Shown here: one piece after another, positions 57,924 to 64,000 of the stretch
How the letters are laid out: each line of letters opens with the position of its first letter
Position numbering within the stretch: position 1 is the first letter of the stretch
From: Candidatus Bathyarchaeia archaeon
GTDB taxonomy: Archaea; Thermoproteota; Bathyarchaeia; 40CM-2-53-6
NCBI GenBank assembly: GCA_049513715.1
Contig: JBEKVV010000001.1
Span: 1-64,000 of the forward strand
Length of the DNA stretch: 64,000 nt
Direction of reading: 5' to 3'
Notes under the pieces: model-generated
Told to the model about the DNA's origin: nothing
The model's database searches: none
Seen by the model: the letters and a program-made list of their open reading frames with translations, nothing else
Translations under genes and position numbers: made by a program

Positions 57924-59324
57924 CTAACTAGGACGAATAGTCCTTTCGCGGAAGAGCCTCCTGACTTTCGTTCCCTTAGAGAAATATCCTCTGACGTGGG
58001 GGCGACCAAGATACCAAAATATCGCCAATGGAACTGCAATCCCAATCAGAGCTACGAGCGCCAGTGCAACGTACATCAATCCGAGAGTCCCGCCCCAAAA
58101 CGCCCCAAGTAATGACAGCACTGGGGTGAACAGCGCTGCAATGAGCAAGACGATAATGATAACGCTTACGATGCTGAGAGCGGCGAGCACGCGCATGATT
58201 ACACGCGCAATCTCAAGTCCCTTGAACAAACCGTAGGCAAACGCGAGATCAACTATAACCAACATGATTCCTGGAATCATGTAGTATGCTGGATTCAGCA
58301 GATCCCCGAATAGCGGATCCAGTGATCCTAATTGCTGAACGAGCGGAAGAAGTTGAGACTGCAATAGCAAATATAGGGATGCGATACCGACTACGCCCAG
58401 TATTGCTCCTACCAAATATAACAGGCTCAAGAGTGTGACCCCGAAGGGTCTGACTACGCCCGCCTGAGGAAGCAAGATCAGATTCTTTTGAGATTCAAAT
58501 TCTTCCGTCGTTATCACTCCTGAGTCTAGCAGGGACTTTAACCTTGAAAGCTTCTCCGGAGTAGTTGCCGGGGGGAGGGCAGTCACCGATGGAACTGGTG
58601 CTTGCCTTATGGTGGGTTTCGCAGGTTTCTGTTCCTTCTCTGGTTGAGTTTCTCCAACTCTCACACCGCACATGGGGCAGAATTTCGAGTCGTCTCGCAG
58701 CGGGGTGCCGCAGAATTGACAGGTGTTTCTTGCAATCTGCTTGGTGTCAGGTTTCGGCTGAGCTGGGGGCATGACTTGAGGTGTTGTCGGCGCTGTGCCA
58801 AGTTCAGCCTCAATCTTGCGCCGATAAGTTTCAGATGCCGCCTCATAGCTACTCGAAAGTGAACGCAATTTGTCGTTCAGACTGCGAAGGTCTTCCGCTA
58901 GCGATGAAATTACACCATTAAGCTTCTCCTCCGCGTCGATGAGATTCTTTTCCACCCTTGATGAGCTGCCTCTCATATTCGCTTCCGCTCCGGCGAGAAG
59001 CCTCCTGGAAAGTTCACTGAGCCGCAATTCAGCTTCACCGAGGCTTTTCTCCGTGGTGGATGCGAGCCTTGCCTTAGCCTCAGCGAGAAACTGCTCATTA
59101 ATCGCTGTAATGCTAACCCTCAAATCCTCAGCTGTTCCAAGAGGAACTTCAGGCTCGGGAGAAGAAAGCCTGCTGCCACACGTATCACAGAATCTTGACC
59201 CAGCTTTGATACCTGCCCCACACCGTGGACACTGTAGGCGTCCTTGGCCAAGTTCCTTTCCGCACCGCGTGCAGAACCCTCCATCATCCTTATTTGGGTA
59301 ATTACAATTGACGCAAACTCTCAT
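57924..59324 (-). CDS. Multi-Zn-ribbon, coiled-coil, SHOCT and 4-TM membrane protein
   Basis: Six CxxC pairs, helical region, LSRLKSLLDSGVITTEEFESQK, RPFGVTLL, C-terminal TMs. Confidence 0.85.
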   Translation of the reverse strand: MRVCVNCNYPNKDDGGFCTRCGKELGQGRLQCPRCGAGIKAGSRFCDTCGSRLSSPEPEVPLGTAEDLRVSITAINEQFLAEAKARLASTTEKSLGEAELRLSELSRRLLAGAEANMRGSSSRVEKNLIDAEEKLNGVISSLAEDLRSLNDKLRSLSSSYEAASETYRRKIEAELGTAPTTPQVMPPAQPKPDTKQIARNTCQFCGTPLRDDSKFCPMCGVRVGETQPEKEQKPAKPTIRQAPVPSVTALPPATTPEKLSRLKSLLDSGVITTEEFESQKNLILLPQAGVVRPFGVTLLSLLYLVGAILGVVGIASLYLLLQSQLLPLVQQLGSLDPLFGDLLNPAYYMIPGIMLVIVDLAFAYGLFKGLEIARVIMRVLAALSIVSVIIIVLLIAALFTPVLSLLGAFWGGTLGLMYVALALVALIGIAVPLAIFWYLGRPHVRGYFSKGTKVRRLFRERTIRPS

Positions 59325-59626
59325 TCACATCCTCCTCCTTTCCTACCTCGGTTCATAAGTTATACCCAAGTTAATAGGTAGCCCCTCGCGCTTGGCGCTT
59401 TCAAACCAGACACCGTGCAAAAACAAAATCATAATCAAACTCACGGCTAGGAATCCTGCGATAAGGATTGAAGTCAGCAGATCTCTGTGCCATAGCCTTC
59501 TCCGAACATCACTTAATGGTCGGCAAGAGAAACAACTGTACCAGAATTGGTTGTCCGGAACTTTGGGGTTTGAGAACCCATATTTATGGGTGTTCTTGAC
59601 TACGCAGCGTAGTTGGTGCTAGCTGC

Positions 59627-60004
59627 ATGCCTGCTTTGAGCCCATTGCGCGTGATAGTCTTACTGGACGCGCTTCTGATGGCTGTCGGCCACGTTCCGCT
59701 CATCCGAGCCATCTTCTTCTCTCCCTCCATAGGTGGCTACTTCCTGTTCGCCACAGTCGTGTATATCCTTGGAGGCATCTTCGTGGCCGCAGGTAGACTG
59801 TTCAAGCTAGCAAACGTAGGGCTCATAATCATGGCCATAGTGGATAACCTTCTTCTCATCTACACCAGAACTATGCCGAACATTTTCTTCCACAGAATCT
59901 TATCCTGGTCTTATGAGTGGTTTCCACCCGGCACCATGCAAATCCTAATCGGGCAGACAATCCTCATTGTACTCTGTGCAGTCCTGCTCTACAAGCGCGA
60001 GTAG
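59627..60004 (+). CDS. Hypothetical membrane protein
   Basis: Four hydrophobic segments; TATTTAT upstream. Confidence 0.65.
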   Translation: MPALSPLRVIVLLDALLMAVGHVPLIRAIFFSPSIGGYFLFATVVYILGGIFVAAGRLFKLANVGLIIMAIVDNLLLIYTRTMPNIFFHRILSWSYEWFPPGTMQILIGQTILIVLCAVLLYKRE

Positions 60005-60172
60005 GGGAACATTTTCCGTGAAACGAAAGCTGAGCCACGTAGATGAATTTTACTCGATTCCGACTGTCTAGCGGACGAACGCGGACGCTCAGCAAACCAA
60101 TCGCGGATCGGACACCACCTGAGGATAATCACGCGCTGGTAGCTGCAGTTTTGTGGTGACTCCTTTACATTC

Positions 60173-60706
60173 CTACAGATTCAAGTAATAACTGTAGAAC
60201 AGCTCATCTCGCTTCCAGCCTAGGCTTTCATAGAGGCCTTGCGCAGCGGAGTTGTTGATGCCAGTTTGCAGAACCAATCCTTTAGCGCCTGTCACTTTCG
60301 CAAACTCCCTAGACTTCACAAGGAGAGCTTTCCCAACGCCTCGTCCTCTCGCTTGCGTAGCAACGAACAGATCGTTCAGAATCCACAGGGGCTTCATCGA
60401 CTCTGATGAGAATGATGGATACAACTGTACGAATCCGACAGCCTTCTCGTCTTCCAATGCTAGGTATATTACGGACTCTTTTCTGTTCAGTCGTTCAGCT
60501 AGGAACTGTCGAGCCCCTTCCATGTCTCTCGATTGTCCGTAGAACTGCCTGTATGAATCAAACAACGGAACGATGTCGTCAACGTGGTCTATGAGGGCCT
60601 GAATGATATGCAAATTTGCCAACTCTAGTTCGGCACAACCAAGCCTGTCTTCTTGTACATAACGTTCTTCGCGTTCCTCAATATTCGCGGCCTGAGCGCT
60701 TCTCAT
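60173..60706 (-). CDS. GNAT family N-acetyltransferase
   Basis: LFDSYRQFY, GFVQLYP.FSS, WILNDLFV..ARGRGVG, LYESLGW; start probably near 60620. Confidence 0.92.
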   Translation of the reverse strand: MRSAQAANIEEREERYVQEDRLGCAELELANLHIIQALIDHVDDIVPLFDSYRQFYGQSRDMEGARQFLAERLNRKESVIYLALEDEKAVGFVQLYPSFSSESMKPLWILNDLFVATQARGRGVGKALLVKSREFAKVTGAKGLVLQTGINNSAAQGLYESLGWKRDELFYSYYLNL

Positions 60707-60960
60707 TAGTTATGGCAAGAACCCGGGGGTTCCTTGCGTGGAAAGAATAACTAGGGCAACAGGTTTTATCGAAAGGCGGTCTTGCTGGTCGGTAATTGCC
60801 GGGTCGTACACTGGAGTCGGCTTGTTTCCTCTTAAGATTCCGCAGATATCTGCGGCGAACCTAGTTCGTCCTTCGACTTACTTCGTTTTACAGGCTACTG
60901 CTCATTAAGCGGAACCCTAGTTGATTATCAAGCCTGAGTATCCGGAATGGTGCGTGCTCC

Positions 60961-61974
60961 ATGGCAAATGAGTCTCCAGTTGTGAGGGCGCGTGTCCCCG
61001 CATCTATCGCGAATTTGGGGTCTGGTTTCGATGTTCATTCCCTAGCGTTGCAGATGCCAGGGATTGAGATTGAACTCTCAGCAGCGTCCAAGGGTACCCA
61101 CACAATAAGTGTCGAGGGTCCCTTTGGAAAGGACATCACAACTGACACTAGGCTACATGCTTCGGCCAAGGCCCTAGAGGCCGTGAACGAGCATTTCGGG
61201 AAACCGGATGGATATGCTCTGAAAATTGAGGTGAAGATACCGCCACGAAAGGGGCTAGGCCTGTCAGGGGCGGAGGCCGTGGGAGCAGTATTATGCGCTG
61301 ATTCCGCATTTGATCTCAAGTTAAGTAGACAAGCGATTGCTCGCATAGCGGCTGAAGCAGAGCCCTCAGGTCACATGGATAACGTTGCTGCCTCTGCGCT
61401 GGGAGGTTTCAATATAGTCACACATTCACCAATGAACGATATCGCGCAGATCACAACCTTTCCTCCTCCTCCAGACCTTGGCATCTGCATTATGATTCCT
61501 GATATTGAGAAGAGCTCGACGGAGGCTGCTCGAAACTCTTTGCCTCCCGTTGTATCGATGCGGACGCATACGGAGTGCATGGCCTATGCTTCCAAAGTCT
61601 CTGCTGCCTTTGCTGTCCGTGATGTGAACGCGATTCTTGAAACACTCTCGTGGGATCCAGTGGTTGAACCTGCCCGCGCCAATGCTGGGGTCTACGGAAA
61701 AGGAATCAATGCCGATTTTCTGCTGGATGAAAAGAAGCTGCTGCTAGAGAAGTTTCATATCGCTGAAACGGTGTGCGGGGCCGGTCCATCGCGGGCCCTA
61801 TGGTATTCTATTTCAGAGGACCAGAAGGTAAAGAGGAAGAACAAGGTAGGGCTCATCCAACCCGCCAATGAACTCGTGTCGAATCGCCTGGAATCCGTTG
61901 GCCAGAAAGTGCACGCGTTTGCCCTCACAAAGCCAACTGCAAAAGGAGCAACACTCGTACGCTCCCATAACTAG
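60961..61974 (+). CDS. thrB: Homoserine kinase (GHMP family)
   Basis: PASIANLGSGFD, P.KGLGLSGA, HMDNVAASALGG, GAGPS; upstream of thrC. Confidence 0.88.
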   Translation: MANESPVVRARVPASIANLGSGFDVHSLALQMPGIEIELSAASKGTHTISVEGPFGKDITTDTRLHASAKALEAVNEHFGKPDGYALKIEVKIPPRKGLGLSGAEAVGAVLCADSAFDLKLSRQAIARIAAEAEPSGHMDNVAASALGGFNIVTHSPMNDIAQITTFPPPPDLGICIMIPDIEKSSTEAARNSLPPVVSMRTHTECMAYASKVSAAFAVRDVNAILETLSWDPVVEPARANAGVYGKGINADFLLDEKKLLLEKFHIAETVCGAGPSRALWYSISEDQKVKRKNKVGLIQPANELVSNRLESVGQKVHAFALTKPTAKGATLVRSHN

Positions 61975-62026
61975 CTATAATGGATTGTTGGCTTTGGTGT
62001 CACAAAGAAAAGAGTGAGCACGACAA

Positions 62027-63181
62027 ATGTATTTCTTAGAATGCATTGGCTGCCAAACCAAATTCAAACCATCGAACATGTACTCATGCCCGAGCTGCAG
62101 CGATCTTCTCCAGATAAAATACGATTACAAAACCCTCAAACGCAAATTCGAATCTTCACTCGAAGCATCCAATCAGCTTTCCGTCTGGCGCTACAAAGTG
62201 CTCCTGCCAATTTCTGCGAAACACCCAGTGACTATCGGAGAGGGTGGGACCGGGCTGTCGCAGTCGAATCGACTCGCTCGGATGCTTCAGATGCGAGAAG
62301 TCTACTTCAAGAACGATGGGCAAAACCCGACGGGCTCATTCAAAGATCGAGGAATGACGGTCGCAATCACGAGGGCCCTGGAAATCGGATCCAAGTCAGT
62401 TCTCTGTGCTTCGACGGGAAACACGTCGGCATCGATGGCCGCCTACGCAGCCAAGGCAGGCCTCAGGGCAGTTGTGCTGGTTCCGAAGGGTAAGATTGCC
62501 AGAGGCAAATTGTTGCAGGCAGTGGTTCACGGAGCCAAGATCGTCGAGGTAGGTGGGAATTTCGACGAGGCTCTCCGACGGGCGAAAGAGATTGCTGCAA
62601 GGAAGAGCGGCCCCTACCTGGTGAATTCCGTAAACCCATACAGAGTGGAGGGGCAGAAGACGGTGGCTTTTGAGATCTGGGAACAACTTGATCGGAAGGT
62701 TCCTGATTTCTTGTTTGTCCCAGTTGGCAATGCGGGCAATATCAGCGCCATCTGGAAGGGTTTCATAGAGCTCAAAGAGCTCGGGTTGACGAAACGCCTT
62801 CCGAAAATGGTCGGGGTTCAAGCTGCCAAGGCTTCTCCCATTGCCGACGCATACGCGAAAGGGTCAGACACGGTCATTCCATGGAGCCATCCAGACACTG
62901 TAGCAAGCGCAATTCGGATTGGTGCGCCAGCAAGCTGGAAGAAAGCACTCACGGCCGTGCGGGAATCGAATGGAGCAGTGCTGAAAGTTTCTGATAAGGA
63001 AATCAAGCAAGCCCAGCGCCTACTCGCGAACCACGAAGGCATCTTCGCGGAGCCCGCAAGCGCAGCCTCAGTAGCGGGGTTGAGGAAGGCCCGCAAGTCT
63101 CATCTCGTAAAGGCCAATGACCGCGTGGTCTGCATCATCACAGGACACGGGCTCAAGGATCAAGAGGCCGTTGCTCGATAA
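62027..63181 (+). CDS. thrC: Threonine synthase
   Basis: NPTGSFKDRG, CASTGNTSAS, PVGNAGN, EPASAA, TGHGLKD. Confidence 0.96.
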   Translation: MYFLECIGCQTKFKPSNMYSCPSCSDLLQIKYDYKTLKRKFESSLEASNQLSVWRYKVLLPISAKHPVTIGEGGTGLSQSNRLARMLQMREVYFKNDGQNPTGSFKDRGMTVAITRALEIGSKSVLCASTGNTSASMAAYAAKAGLRAVVLVPKGKIARGKLLQAVVHGAKIVEVGGNFDEALRRAKEIAARKSGPYLVNSVNPYRVEGQKTVAFEIWEQLDRKVPDFLFVPVGNAGNISAIWKGFIELKELGLTKRLPKMVGVQAAKASPIADAYAKGSDTVIPWSHPDTVASAIRIGAPASWKKALTAVRESNGAVLKVSDKEIKQAQRLLANHEGIFAEPASAASVAGLRKARKSHLVKANDRVVCIITGHGLKDQEAVAR

Positions 63182-63192
63182 CTACCTGGAGT

Positions 63193-63774
63193 GTGGCTAG
63201 AGGCATGGCTCCAGTTAATATTCACAGGTTATCCCAACCATTAATCCTCTGCTGCATTCTGGTATTCATGCTGCTACTGGCCAATCCTAATTTCGTCTCG
63301 GCTTTCGGCCAGCGTAGTTATGTTACGAGCTCAACGTTCAATCTGACGCTCGATCCCTCGTCAGTTGTGATTAAGGTTGGGCAGAACGCAACCGTTAACC
63401 TGATTCTTGCGAATTCGGGTGCGGCCGGCGAGCAGCTCTGTTTCGGGCAAGAAGGCTTTCCTGATTCAGGTTTTGTCCTGACGTTTCTGCCACAATGTAC
63501 GATGCTAACCCTAGGGTTCCTGAGGGCGTCGTTGAGTGTCGAAGCTACCGCGGCTGCAGCCCCTCAAAGCTTCACCGCCACCATTCTAGCAATAACCGGA
63601 AATCAAACTGCGCAAGCGCCACTGACCGTAACAGTGGTGCCTGGTATCCCAGTTTGGGTGCCATGGCTTATCATCGCGGTTTTTGTCCTTGGTTTGGGCG
63701 CCGCGGTCGTAGTCCAACCGGCGAAGTTATCCCGGTATTTCAAGAGGGCACTCAAACACAAGCGACGACAATGA
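63193..63774 (+). CDS. Membrane-anchored single Ig-like domain protein
   Basis: Signal peptide, FNLTLDPSSVVIKVGQNATV domain, C-terminal TM and basic tail. Confidence 0.7.
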   Translation: MARGMAPVNIHRLSQPLILCCILVFMLLLANPNFVSAFGQRSYVTSSTFNLTLDPSSVVIKVGQNATVNLILANSGAAGEQLCFGQEGFPDSGFVLTFLPQCTMLTLGFLRASLSVEATAAAAPQSFTATILAITGNQTAQAPLTVTVVPGIPVWVPWLIIAVFVLGLGAAVVVQPAKLSRYFKRALKHKRRQ

Positions 63775-63831
63775 CAACTACTGTCATAGTCTGAGCAGTG
63801 GATGTTTAGTCTGTTTACGATTATTGTCGGG

Positions 63832-64000
63832 CTAGGTGGCGTTGGTTATGATTGCGAAGCGCAGGTAATCGTATCTTCGAATCCTAGCCGCGCCCTCTAT
63901 ACCTTCGGCGTACTCGCTTTTCCCGGTTTTGATGTCTCGTGCGGCTTCAAGGACTTCCTTGAGAATGTCCTTCTCAATCCAAGGTTCGTTGTGGCTGGGC
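63832..64000 (-). CDS. C-terminus of a probable MBL-fold hydrolase (partial)
   Basis: Manual translation PSHNEPWIEKDILKEVLEAARDIKTGK...RRYDYLRFAIITNAT*. Confidence 0.55.
   Translation of the reverse strand, partial: PSHNEPWIEKDILKEVLEAARDIKTGKSEYAEGIEGAARIRRYDYLRFAIITNAT

Overview
Archaeal chromosomal window, most likely TACK lineage; Bathyarchaeia-like or a related Nitrososphaeria/Aigarchaeota-type organism is inferred from protein styles, TATA/BRE promoters and an intron-containing tRNA. Housekeeping blocks: partial Hef helicase, PflX-like radical SAM, sufCBD, nuoBCDI, bcp, guaB, a stand-alone uS12, an HflX-like GTPase, acylphosphatase, tRNA-Glu(UUC) with two BHB introns, a Dpp/Opp ABC transporter flanked by amidase/peptidases, a CoA-transferase and acyl-CoA dehydrogenase, and thrB-thrC. 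Interspersed are many secreted Ig-like/Zn-ribbon membrane proteins and decayed mobile-element traces (casposase/Cas1-like fragment, integrase-like pseudogene, orphan tRNA 3' fragment, phased palindrome array). The most notable sequence-level results are two candidate regulatory systems: (i) a palindrome TATGAC-N4-GTTAT shared by the promoters of a Cys-rich HTH regulator, sufC and sufB (candidate archaeal Fe-S-sensing SUF regulon), and (ii) a triplicated ~23-bp operator/promoter linking an ArsR-type wHTH plus membrane partner, a small membrane peptide and a secreted LTxxQ-repeat protein (candidate envelope-stress module). A wHTH-MinD/ParA two-gene operon is a third candidate system. No database searches were run; family calls come from motif recognition.
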